Of a DNA stretch of 55,990 nucleotides, positions 19,419 through 27,215 are shown piece by piece. The stretch comes from a virus (Duplodnaviria; Caudoviricetes). Below the pieces are notes generated by a model, which was not told the DNA's origin, did not search any database, and worked only from the letters and a program-made list of their open reading frames with translations. How positions within the stretch are numbered: the stretch's first letter is position 1; each line of letters begins with the position of its first letter. Both the position numbers and the translations under genes were made by a program. The DNA is taken from the IMG/VR virus record IMGVR_UViG_3300030116_005147, positions 1-55,990 of that record; one strand, 5' to 3'.

Positions 19419-20972
19419 CTACTTAATCCCCTGTACCACTACGTCCGCAGCCTGGATGAGTACTGTCTTGCAGGCGGGCCAGTAGGGACTATCACTGGAT
19501 ACTGTGATGCAACCAGTGGGTGGTTGAACGCGGAGGCGTCCAGCCACCTCGTTCTTACCTTTTCCGTAGTCAATTTGCAACGGTGTAGAGACTTTGTTTT
19601 CTTCTGCTATCTCTGCAACGAAAGAAGCGATGATGTCTTCAAACATGACAGGAGCAGAAGAAGCACCTTTGGCAGGGACACAGTCAATGTATAGATGCAA
19701 CTGTGGTGCTGTCTCTTTCTTCGGCTCTTCCCTTTTCGTAAAGACTTGAGACTTCAGGTTGGGCTTGGGCTTTGCTACAGTCTTAGGTGTCGCAGCCACT
19801 GGGGGTTGGGGCTTGGTTGCTTGTGGTCGAACGGCAGTGTCCGAAGCCCCTCGATACACTGTTCCCTTTTCGTAGCTCAGTGTGCCTTCGGAGAAGTGGC
19901 ATGCCTTTTCTACATAGTATGGACGCACACGTCCCAGGTCCAGCACACGTCCCACGATGGGGCGAGCGGTGACATTGTTTAGAGATCGAACATCTCGGTT
20001 CCGCATGAACAAGAGCAGTGCGTCGGCAGCTTCCGAATACTGCTCGTCTGTGTACTTGTCTTTCGACGGGGCAGGTTCCGTGAAGTAGAGGATGTCTTTA
20101 GCCACCACGGGCTTGGGTTGTTCTTCTGCTACTCGGGGTGCAGCGTCCTGCGACAGGATGGATGCAGTGCGCTCTCTTCTTCCTTGCAGCATTTTTTGTA
20201 GGCGGTCATTCATATCATTCTCCTTTTCTGTTTTTATGTTTTCAATACCTGCGAATGGAGACTGGCTGTCTCCGAGTGCAGCGCAGGTGTCTGCGTATGG
20301 GCAACCACCAAACGCTCCGCAAGCGGAGGTGTTTGGCTCTACATCTTCAACGCTATCGAGCAGAGACGTTGCCTTAATCTCTGCTGCTACTTTCTTCAGT
20401 CCTTCCCAGTGCTCATCGACATGCTCTCGATCTATGATTGCCGAGACTCTCCGCGCTTCCGGTGCTCCTTTCGTAATGTATTGGATGTGACAGACCTCCA
20501 CGGCGTCTGCGGCAACACATTGGTCGAGTGCATATCGAGCGTATGCGATCATTTGGGGATCGCTCTTCAACTCTTCTTCCGTCTTTGTCCAATCCCAGGA
20601 TGACGTTGTCTTGTGGTCAATGACCACTGGCATCCAAGGTTCCGTCAGGTCCAGCACATCGATGTACCCCAACAGCGGGGGCTCGATGTCCTGCAACTTA
20701 ATCTCTCTTTCAATCTCCAACACACCCTCGGGTAGAAGGTGTAGTCCAGAGGCAGCTATTCTCCCAGCCCGTGTCTCTTCGTCGGGCTCTACTCCGTCAC
20801 GGAGGTACGCTTCTAATACCTCATGCACAGCAGACCCAAGCACCACAGCCTTAGAAGGCTCGGGCTTGGGCGTGTCCGTACACTTCTCGATGTACCACTT
20901 ACGTTTACATAGAGAAAACGTCTTGAACTGAGACGCACTAACGTGCTGTATTTTAGCTTCGGAGGTACTCAT
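19419..20972 (-). CDS. Cas4/RecB-like PD-(D/E)XK exonuclease with long C-terminal extension
   Basis: SASQ...CKRKW, GSAVHEVLE, GYIDVLD, IDHKT, QMIAY, C-x5-CPYxxxC Fe-S-type cysteines; start 20972 avoids overlap with the primase. Confidence 0.85.
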   Translation of the reverse strand: MSTSEAKIQHVSASQFKTFSLCKRKWYIEKCTDTPKPEPSKAVVLGSAVHEVLEAYLRDGVEPDEETRAGRIAASGLHLLPEGVLEIEREIKLQDIEPPLLGYIDVLDLTEPWMPVVIDHKTTSSWDWTKTEEELKSDPQMIAYARYALDQCVAADAVEVCHIQYITKGAPEARRVSAIIDREHVDEHWEGLKKVAAEIKATSLLDSVEDVEPNTSACGAFGGCPYADTCAALGDSQSPFAGIENIKTEKENDMNDRLQKMLQGRRERTASILSQDAAPRVAEEQPKPVVAKDILYFTEPAPSKDKYTDEQYSEAADALLLFMRNRDVRSLNNVTARPIVGRVLDLGRVRPYYVEKACHFSEGTLSYEKGTVYRGASDTAVRPQATKPQPPVAATPKTVAKPKPNLKSQVFTKREEPKKETAPQLHLYIDCVPAKGASSAPVMFEDIIASFVAEIAEENKVSTPLQIDYGKGKNEVAGRLRVQPPTGCITVSSDSPYWPACKTVLIQAADVVVQGIK

Positions 20973-20982
20973 GTGAGTACCC

Positions 20983-23124
20983 TTAAGCCAAATCACTATT
21001 AGATGCAAACACTAATATTTTATTTATTGTTCGCTCGTGCTTTTCAGCACCTCTAATATCTCTATACTCTCTACCTTCTGGTAGTTCGATGCCGGGTTTA
21101 ATCCAGTAGCTCATACGCATCTGGTCTGCCTGAGATCTTTTTAGTGGCGCGGCTCCCAGTTTCCTAAGCATTTTAGATAGTCGGTTGCTGGAGATACGAA
21201 CACCTGCCAGTGCCTTTTGAAACACATCAGTCATGGTAAAGGTTTCGTATCCTGGGCGTTCCAACCATTTTGCCAGAACGCCCATGAGAGGGTCCTCTTC
21301 GGTAAATCTCTCCTCCGCTATTCGCTTCTGCTCTGCCTCCATTGCACGGTCAAGGTGCCAGGGTTCGCCTGCGAGATAGGCTGCTCGGGCTTCTGCCCAC
21401 AGTTGGTTTCTATTCTTCTTGATCCATTCCAGGTTGACGTGTTGCTGTAGGCGCACGGGCCAGAAGCGTCGGCTACCTGTGGGGTCGGTCAGCGGTGTGT
21501 CTTCGTTACTGGTAGCCACGATGCAGGTGTGACGTGGGTAGTCCATTGCCTTTCTTTCAAAGGGCATACGGAAGTTATCTACCTGCGATGTGATGAATGC
21601 CTTGACCTTCTCAGCATCTGAGCGTCGGAAGGATGTGAGTTCTGCGACTTCGTAGATCCATGCTCGGGCGAGCATCATGAACGAGTCCTTGTTCTGCAAG
21701 GGGAGGTCGGTATCTCCGAACCACTCGCCACCTGCCAAGGTACGCAGCAGGGTTGACTTACCCAAGCCCTGTGCCCCGATGAGTAGGAGCACGGTATCTA
21801 CCTTGCAACCTGGAGAGTAGGCTCGGGCACATGCTGAGATAAGAAACTTCTTAGCGATGTTCTGATAATAGGGACTGGGCTCACACCCGAATGCTTTCTC
21901 CATCCATGTGCTTGCTCGTTCTATTCCGTCCCACTCAATCGAGTCCAACCATTCTAATAGTGGGTTCCTTTTGTTGGCGTATACAGCGGAGGCGAAGGCA
22001 TCGAACATCATGTTCTTACCGGGCTCAAAGCCGTAGTGCTCACCAATCCAGATGCGTGCGTTGATGACATCGGAGTCACGCAGTTGGCGCTCGTCAATCA
22101 TTTCGCAGAAGGTACGCTCGTTATACCAGAGTCGATTGGCCCATCGGGTGTCGAGGGTCAGGATGGTCACGGCGTTTTGCAGGCTGTTTCTAAACCCACC
22201 TTGCGCGGTGATGGTCAGTTGTTGGACGACATCTCTTTGTTGTCTGGGCGGAATCCATTCGTCATCCCAGTATGTCTGTCCGTCCTGTGCGGATGTGCAG
22301 ACGAGGTATGCCTGCCCTTCGTCGTTTCTTTTTAGGAAGGCAGAGTCTGTAGAAGATCCTTCATGGAAGGGACACTGCAATCGAATGCGGTGACCGTCAT
22401 GTCCAAGCTCTGCATCGACCAGTTCTCTAAGAGTAGCGTAAGTATTACTCCAATGGTCGAGTAGGTTTACCTCGGAGTACTTCTCTCGACGTATGCCCGT
22501 AGCATTCTCGATGCCGCTAAACACACCGCTGCTCTGACTGGTACGCTCTTGTCTCAGGTTGGGCACAGTCCGAGGTAGTTCATACACTGGCCCATCTGTA
22601 GACATAAGGAGCACAGCAACCGGCTCGTTACCTTTGCGGTTGAACGTACCAGGGGGTCGAAGGATACGTGTACCGGCGTCGGTGGCGTTGATGTCTGCCA
22701 TCGCAAAGCCGACTGTCTCGTTAATCTTATGTGCCAACCAACGGTTGACTGCTTTTGCATGGTCAACGTCATGACCGCCACAAGCAGTCCACAGGTAGAC
22801 GTGGTAACCGTAGCCTGACATAACAACTGCGGAGGGATCTACACCGGCTACCTGCTGGACCACCAACTCGATAGTCTCTAACAACTCTGCAAGATAAGTA
22901 TCGATGGCATCCCTATCCAATCCGTACAGTACCGACTTCGGTACTTGCAACCAATCGGATAAATCAAAGTCCAACACCAAGGTCGGACAACGTAGCAACT
23001 CCGACTTAGTGTGTGACTCTGCGCCCAGGGGGAAGAGTCCGGTCGTAACGTAGACCTCCTGTCCCACCACTCGCTGGGCATATTCTGTTCCCTCATCTAC
23101 CGGAGGGAGATGCCTATACTCCAT
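20983..23124 (-). CDS. Primase (AEP/RepB-like) - Zn finger - VirE/VapE-type helicase fusion
   Basis: LDFD, SGYGYHVY, RILRPPGTFN primase motifs; CPFH...C; GAQGLGKST, YEVAEL, DPTGSRRFWPV helicase motifs. Confidence 0.9.
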   Translation of the reverse strand: MEYRHLPPVDEGTEYAQRVVGQEVYVTTGLFPLGAESHTKSELLRCPTLVLDFDLSDWLQVPKSVLYGLDRDAIDTYLAELLETIELVVQQVAGVDPSAVVMSGYGYHVYLWTACGGHDVDHAKAVNRWLAHKINETVGFAMADINATDAGTRILRPPGTFNRKGNEPVAVLLMSTDGPVYELPRTVPNLRQERTSQSSGVFSGIENATGIRREKYSEVNLLDHWSNTYATLRELVDAELGHDGHRIRLQCPFHEGSSTDSAFLKRNDEGQAYLVCTSAQDGQTYWDDEWIPPRQQRDVVQQLTITAQGGFRNSLQNAVTILTLDTRWANRLWYNERTFCEMIDERQLRDSDVINARIWIGEHYGFEPGKNMMFDAFASAVYANKRNPLLEWLDSIEWDGIERASTWMEKAFGCEPSPYYQNIAKKFLISACARAYSPGCKVDTVLLLIGAQGLGKSTLLRTLAGGEWFGDTDLPLQNKDSFMMLARAWIYEVAELTSFRRSDAEKVKAFITSQVDNFRMPFERKAMDYPRHTCIVATSNEDTPLTDPTGSRRFWPVRLQQHVNLEWIKKNRNQLWAEARAAYLAGEPWHLDRAMEAEQKRIAEERFTEEDPLMGVLAKWLERPGYETFTMTDVFQKALAGVRISSNRLSKMLRKLGAAPLKRSQADQMRMSYWIKPGIELPEGREYRDIRGAEKHERTINKILVFASNSDLA

Positions 23125-23154
23125 GTTGTTCCCCTTGTACTCACCAACCGGGTC

Positions 23155-23183
23155 ATCCTATCAAAGACATCCCGACCAAGCAA
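23155..23183 (-). promoter_or_regulatory. sigma70-type promoter of the replication operon
   Basis: Minus strand TTGCTT-17 bp-TAGGAT with extended -10 TG, 30 bp upstream of the primase ATG (AAGGGG RBS). Confidence 0.7.
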
Positions 23184-23199
23184 ACACTATATGTTGTGT
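23184..23199. promoter_or_regulatory. NrdR-box-like operator
   Basis: ACACTATATGTTGTGT matches the NrdR consensus acaCwAtATaTwGtgt with one mismatch; abuts the -35 element. Confidence 0.65.
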
Positions 23200-23212
23200 C
23201 TTTTATCGAATC

Positions 23213-23570
23213 TGCCAAGCACTTACCCATTAAGTGGATGGCATCGATAACATAGGTTCTAACTGTACTTTCTAAATAGCTGCCAAGCACTGTACGTCTG
23301 TGCCCAGAGGAGTGGTTGGCAGCAATAACGTAGCTTCAAACGTAACAACCAAGCCCCTGCCAAGCACACCAACCACTTTTATCAAATTATTTAGTAAGTA
23401 TTTATCTATTAGTTAATCTATTTATTTATTTTATTTGTACTCTAATTATAGTGTGGCACCCGTTTTTACCCCGAGTGCTTGGCAGCCGCCTCATAACCTA
23501 CTTCCTTTGGGCACAATCGCTGCCAACCACACTCAAGAGTGCTTGGCACTGTGCTTGGCAGTGGTTGGCA
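23213..23570. repeat. Iteron-like TGCCAA[G/C]CAC repeats around an AT-rich core; probable replication origin
   Basis: Nine copies: forward 23213, 23281, 23358, 23521; reverse 23312, 23475, 23539, 23551, 23561; AT-rich tract about 23377-23450. Confidence 0.75.
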
Positions 23571-23766
23571 CGGTCCAAGTTTCCACCGTCTTACCCACCC
23601 ATCCGCACTCACACTGTCTCTTTCTCACGACGAAGTCTTCGCCGCGCCGTCCGATCCTGGTCAGCGCCCGTCTCCCTGCCCGAACCAGGCCGGGGTCTTT
23701 CGCCACCTTACTCTCCGTCCGGGTGGCGACCACCTTCGTTCCCTTCCCACACTCTGGGCACAGCAT
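23533..23766 (-). CDS. NrdR-like N-terminal Zn-ribbon protein without ATP cone
   Basis: MLCPECG-x-GTKVVATR...VVRKRQCECGWVGKTVE parallels NrdR MxCPxC...TxVxDSR...RRRRECxxCxxRFTTxE. Confidence 0.65.
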   Translation of the reverse strand: MLCPECGKGTKVVATRTESKVAKDPGLVRAGRRALTRIGRRGEDFVVRKRQCECGWVGKTVETWTVPTTAKHSAKHS

Positions 23767-24029
23767 CAGGCTTCTGCCGCAACAAAAGTACTCGACGAGT
23801 ACCCGCAGCTAATGCACATCTTCCATGCGTCGGGCAGCACCTCGCCATCCCCGGCCAACAAACCGATAGATCCACACGCTGGACACACTTCCACATCCGG
23901 TGCCAGAGTCAGCGCCACGAACGCCAAGTCCCGCAGTGCGTGCCACTCATCTTCCGTAACGATGTACGAACCGTCGGTCAGCCTACGGCGTCTCGCCTTG
24001 TCTACCATTTCATCTAAAGTTTTCTTCAT
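23766..24029 (-). CDS. Zn-ribbon protein
   Basis: CPACG...CISCG; AGGAG RBS favours start at 24029. Confidence 0.6.
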   Translation of the reverse strand: MKKTLDEMVDKARRRRLTDGSYIVTEDEWHALRDLAFVALTLAPDVEVCPACGSIGLLAGDGEVLPDAWKMCISCGYSSSTFVAAEA

Positions 24030-24033
24030 AGCA

Positions 24034-24423
24034 TCACTCCTGTAACCAAACATACCGTATCACTCCACCCAATCTTCTTCTCTTTCTCGTCCACCCATTC
24101 GCCCGCAAACATTTAGTCACGGCATCATGCACAGATCTCCTACCAATCACCCGGCAATCCTCCCCCCACATAAAACGAACCAACGTCCTCACCTCAAACG
24201 GACCTATCTCCTCCCACAAGCCACGCGCGACTATCTGCACCTCGCCCTCGCGCACATCACCCACTCCCTTGGGCACAGACAAAGACTCCAACGCTTCCCA
24301 ATCACGAGTCAACGCTTCTTCCAACGCTTCAATAGCAGCTATCCGCGCAGTCACCCCACGCCGTCTCCCCAACTCCGCTGCTAAAACATCTACCTTCCTC
24401 TCTGTTTTCCTTCTATTGCTCAT
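24034..24423 (-). CDS. Basic hypothetical protein, possible winged-helix DNA-binding domain
   Basis: 129 aa; AGGAG RBS; C-terminal VTKCLRANGWTRKRRR...RYVW. Confidence 0.55.
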   Translation of the reverse strand: MSNRRKTERKVDVLAAELGRRRGVTARIAAIEALEEALTRDWEALESLSVPKGVGDVREGEVQIVARGLWEEIGPFEVRTLVRFMWGEDCRVIGRRSVHDAVTKCLRANGWTRKRRRLGGVIRYVWLQE

Positions 24424-24471
24424 ACTTCTCTCCTGTGTTAGCGTTTACCCACCCTCCGCAGGTAAAACAAA

Positions 24472-24846
24472 ATGGCTATTACTAGTTCAAAACAAAACAT
24501 CCCGTTGACCTACCACGTGACCATCCAAACGGACTGTGACGCGACCATGGCGAACAACATCACGGGCACAAACTCCACCCTCTACGCCATCGAAATAGAC
24601 AACGACGCAAACGCGGGTGAGATCAACTACATAAAACTATACGACGCGACATCCGCGACCATAAACTCGGACGATCCCTACCTCTCACTCCAGGTAGACG
24701 CCGACGAAAAGAACATCACGTACCACATCCCCCAGGGGCTCACCTTCACAAACGGTATCTGCCTCGCGGGCGTATCCGATGGCGGTGGCACCGCAGGCAA
24801 CACCAACCCCACCTCCAGCGTAATCGTGCGCCTCATCCACAGTTAA
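24472..24846 (+). CDS. Hypothetical beta-sandwich protein, paralog of 25321-25710
   Basis: Shared IDNxAN...[YF]xKL[YW]...P...YxxPQ..FxNG...GGxxG pattern. Confidence 0.7.
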   Translation: MAITSSKQNIPLTYHVTIQTDCDATMANNITGTNSTLYAIEIDNDANAGEINYIKLYDATSATINSDDPYLSLQVDADEKNITYHIPQGLTFTNGICLAGVSDGGGTAGNTNPTSSVIVRLIHS

Positions 24847-24857
24847 AGGAAAACACA

Positions 24858-25142
24858 ATGGCACTCCCCAAGAAGGGCAACAAACCGCTGAGCCCAGAAG
24901 ACCGCAAGAAGATCAAAGAATCTGAGGAAGAGCACCGTAAAGATCGCACCGCTGGAGACGTGCAGTCTATCGAAAAACGGATGATGAAGGATTTCGTATT
25001 AGATCCAGCTACTAAACAAATGATGAAAGACAGAAAGCTTAGTAAGCAAGCCAAGACGGAATACCTCAAGAAAATAGAAAAGCAAAAAGGGAAAAAGAAA
25101 GACTATCCCAACATAAATAAAGAACTGAAAAAGGCTAAGTAG
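24858..25142 (+). CDS. Lys-rich small protein
   Basis: 94 aa, AAGGA RBS, highly charged. Confidence 0.65.
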   Translation: MALPKKGNKPLSPEDRKKIKESEEEHRKDRTAGDVQSIEKRMMKDFVLDPATKQMMKDRKLSKQAKTEYLKKIEKQKGKKKDYPNINKELKKAK

Positions 25143-25144
25143 TT

Positions 25145-25318
25145 ATGGACACCTACAGAAGCAAGCCGCCGAAAACAAAACAGAAAAAAGATAAGGCTAC
25201 CAAGCCAGACAAAGAATACAAGAAGCCTCGCTCCCGCTCCTTTCAAAAACTAAACAAGAAAGAACAAGACACTTCGACTGAAGCATCCAAAAGGTTTCTT
25301 AAGAAGAAAGGTAAGTAG
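25145..25318 (+). CDS. Lys-rich small protein (57 aa, not in ORF track)
   Basis: MDTYRSKPPKTKQKKDK...FLKKKGK fills the gap between 25142 and 25321. Confidence 0.55.
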   Translation: MDTYRSKPPKTKQKKDKATKPDKEYKKPRSRSFQKLNKKEQDTSTEASKRFLKKKGK

Positions 25319-25320
25319 CC

Positions 25321-25710
25321 ATGTCTTTTAGCACGACGACACTTGCGAACCCTACCGGGTCTAAACTGCACAAGGTAACTCCCGCTTCGGGCAGTGGGTC
25401 TGCCGATGGGCAGGAAGATCAACTGAACTCCGGCGCTACCGACTTAGCCCAGGTCCACATCGACAACACGGCTAACGCATCCGCCACCGCTTTCGTAAAG
25501 CTATGGAACAACACGGCGAGTAACGTAACCGTCGGGACGACTGCACCGAACATGATACTCCCGTGCCCTGGGGGCTCGACTATCACGTACAACTTCCCGC
25601 AGGAAACGTCGTTCGCGAATGGTTGCACGATCGCAGCGGTGACTACCGGAGGAACCGGAGGCACCACGCGAATGACAAACGCCATCACGGTCTACGTCCT
25701 ACAAGGATAG
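25321..25710 (+). CDS. Hypothetical beta-sandwich protein, paralog of 24472-24846
   Basis: 129 aa, Thr/Gly/Asn-rich; shares the motif pattern of its paralog. Confidence 0.7.
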   Translation: MSFSTTTLANPTGSKLHKVTPASGSGSADGQEDQLNSGATDLAQVHIDNTANASATAFVKLWNNTASNVTVGTTAPNMILPCPGGSTITYNFPQETSFANGCTIAAVTTGGTGGTTRMTNAITVYVLQG

Positions 25711-25717
25711 TACCGCT

Positions 25718-25900
25718 ATGGCTGAACAGAAAAGCACAGTCAACAAGGCGGGTAACTACACCGATCCAGGCAAGCGTAAGGAACTGTTCGAAAAGATCAT
25801 GGCAGGCGACAAGGGAGGCAATCCGGGTCAGTGGTCTGCCCGCAAAGCTCAAATGTTAGCCAAGGAATACAAAGCAGCGGGCGGGGGCTACAAAGACTAA
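25718..25900 (+). CDS. Small basic protein of the GQWSARKAQ family
   Basis: NYTDP...GGNPGQWSARKAQMLAKEYKAAGGGY, a pattern I recognise from conserved phage hypothetical proteins. Confidence 0.7.
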   Translation: MAEQKSTVNKAGNYTDPGKRKELFEKIMAGDKGGNPGQWSARKAQMLAKEYKAAGGGYKD

Positions 25901-26175
25901 TGGCAATGCAAGAAAGCCAGAGGAGCCTCAAGCGATGGACTGACCAAGAGTGGGGAACTAAGAGCGGCAAGCCATCGACCCAGGGTGCGAAGGCTACCGG
26001 CGAAAGGTACGCTCCCAAGGCAGCCATAAAAGCTATGAGCCCAGGCACATACGCTGCCACCACAGCCAAGAAAAGAAAGGACACAGCAGCGGGCAAGCAA
26101 CACAGCAAGCAACCCAAAGCAGCAGCGGAGGCAGTGAAGCGTTACCGCACTCCCTCCGAAAGAAGGAAGAACTGA
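25900..26175 (+). CDS. Small basic protein, DUF5872-like
   Basis: TAATG coupling gives start 25900; QRSLKRWTDQEWGTKSGK...GERYAPKAA...GKQHSKQP. Confidence 0.65.
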   Translation: MAMQESQRSLKRWTDQEWGTKSGKPSTQGAKATGERYAPKAAIKAMSPGTYAATTAKKRKDTAAGKQHSKQPKAAAEAVKRYRTPSERRKN

Positions 26176-26178
26176 ACC

Positions 26179-26445
26179 ATGGCAAAGGCACCAGCCAAAG
26201 GCAAAGCCGTTCGCGTTAAGGTCGGCGGCAAGACACGCAGCGTAGGTCAGGCGGGCAGGACACCGCAGCCAGGAACTTCCAAAGGCGACTCGTACTGTGC
26301 TCGGTCAGCTAAGATCCCTAAGTGCAAGGATCCCCCCTGCGCCAACGACATCTCGCGCAGGAGATGGAAGTGCAGGGGCGACAAGTCCATGAAAGACGCA
26401 GCAGTCAAGAAGTACAAGACGCCGAAACAACGGAGACGTTCTTAG
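26179..26445 (+). CDS. Small basic protein
   Basis: 88 aa; GDSYCARS...SRRRWKC pattern of conserved small phage proteins. Confidence 0.65.
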   Translation: MAKAPAKGKAVRVKVGGKTRSVGQAGRTPQPGTSKGDSYCARSAKIPKCKDPPCANDISRRRWKCRGDKSMKDAAVKKYKTPKQRRRS

Positions 26446-26684
26446 CTCTCCCATTGCTCCGCTGCGTCCAGTGCCTGCCGCATTGCCCATGCACTTAGCA
26501 CGTCTTCCTTCTTGTCCGTCACCTCGTACTCGATGTCGCCACCGAGTACCGAAGTCGGAGTCTTGACGAGTCTCTTACATGCCTCGACGAAGGCAGCATC
26601 TACGTCGCCGCCCCACCTGTCCTCAAGGTCTACAACTTCAAGGTCCAGGCGGAAGCGGTATGCTCTGGGTGTGGACGACTTCAT
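26442..26684 (-). CDS. Hypothetical protein
   Basis: 80 aa, ATGA-coupled to upstream gene; last gene of early/middle arm. Confidence 0.6.
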   Translation of the reverse strand: MKSSTPRAYRFRLDLEVVDLEDRWGGDVDAAFVEACKRLVKTPTSVLGGDIEYEVTDKKEDVLSAWAMRQALDAAEQWES

Positions 26685-27055
26685 TCGCTGGGCTCCCAGG
26701 TTCGCTCGACGAGTTCTTCTATCACGTCGAGGTCACGCAACCCACCCTCACCCAGCCGGGCATCTGCCCTACATGTAGTGAGTGTTTGTTTTATTCCGCA
26801 GACCTGCATCCAAGACAAGCGGCTTCTTGTGTTCTTCCACTCTTGCATGTCTCGGGCTGCGATGTGGTAGGAGTAGGGCAGGCTACTGTACCCCACGCGA
26901 TCGAGCACCTGGTCTACGAGCGTCATCCGCTTATCTGTTTCTTCTAAGGATACTGTTCGCTGGTCTTGCTCTGTGTACAGGGCGTTCTCTGCCAGGGCAC
27001 ATATCCATTTCACGACTGCTGCGGGCAGTTCCACGGTCTTTACTTTACTCACCAC
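26681..27055 (-). CDS. Hypothetical protein
   Basis: 124 aa, GGAGGTGA RBS. Confidence 0.6.
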   Translation of the reverse strand: MVSKVKTVELPAAVVKWICALAENALYTEQDQRTVSLEETDKRMTLVDQVLDRVGYSSLPYSYHIAARDMQEWKNTRSRLSWMQVCGIKQTLTTCRADARLGEGGLRDLDVIEELVERTWEPSE

Positions 27056-27212
27056 TCACCTCCTCGGGCTCGACTACCATGTTCCTGACATCGACATCGA
27101 TACCTTCCATGTCATCGAGCAACTGGTCAGCCATCCATTCGAGCGGGTGTCCTTCAAAGTCCACGTCCGCGACGATGTAACCTTTGATTGTTATTTGGTA
27201 TACACGATTCAT
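27045..27212 (-). CDS. Small acidic protein (55 aa, not in ORF track)
   Basis: MNRVYQITIKGYIVADVDFEGHPLEWMADQLLDDMEGIDVDVRNMVVEPEEVSGE; AGGAAG RBS. Confidence 0.6.
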   Translation of the reverse strand: MNRVYQITIKGYIVADVDFEGHPLEWMADQLLDDMEGIDVDVRNMVVEPEEVSGE

Positions 27213-27215
27213 GTT

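Noticed and set aside
19419-20972. Cas4-like gene as part of a CRISPR-Cas system
   Set aside because: No cas1/cas2 or repeat-spacer array seen; solo Cas4-like nucleases are common in phage replication modules
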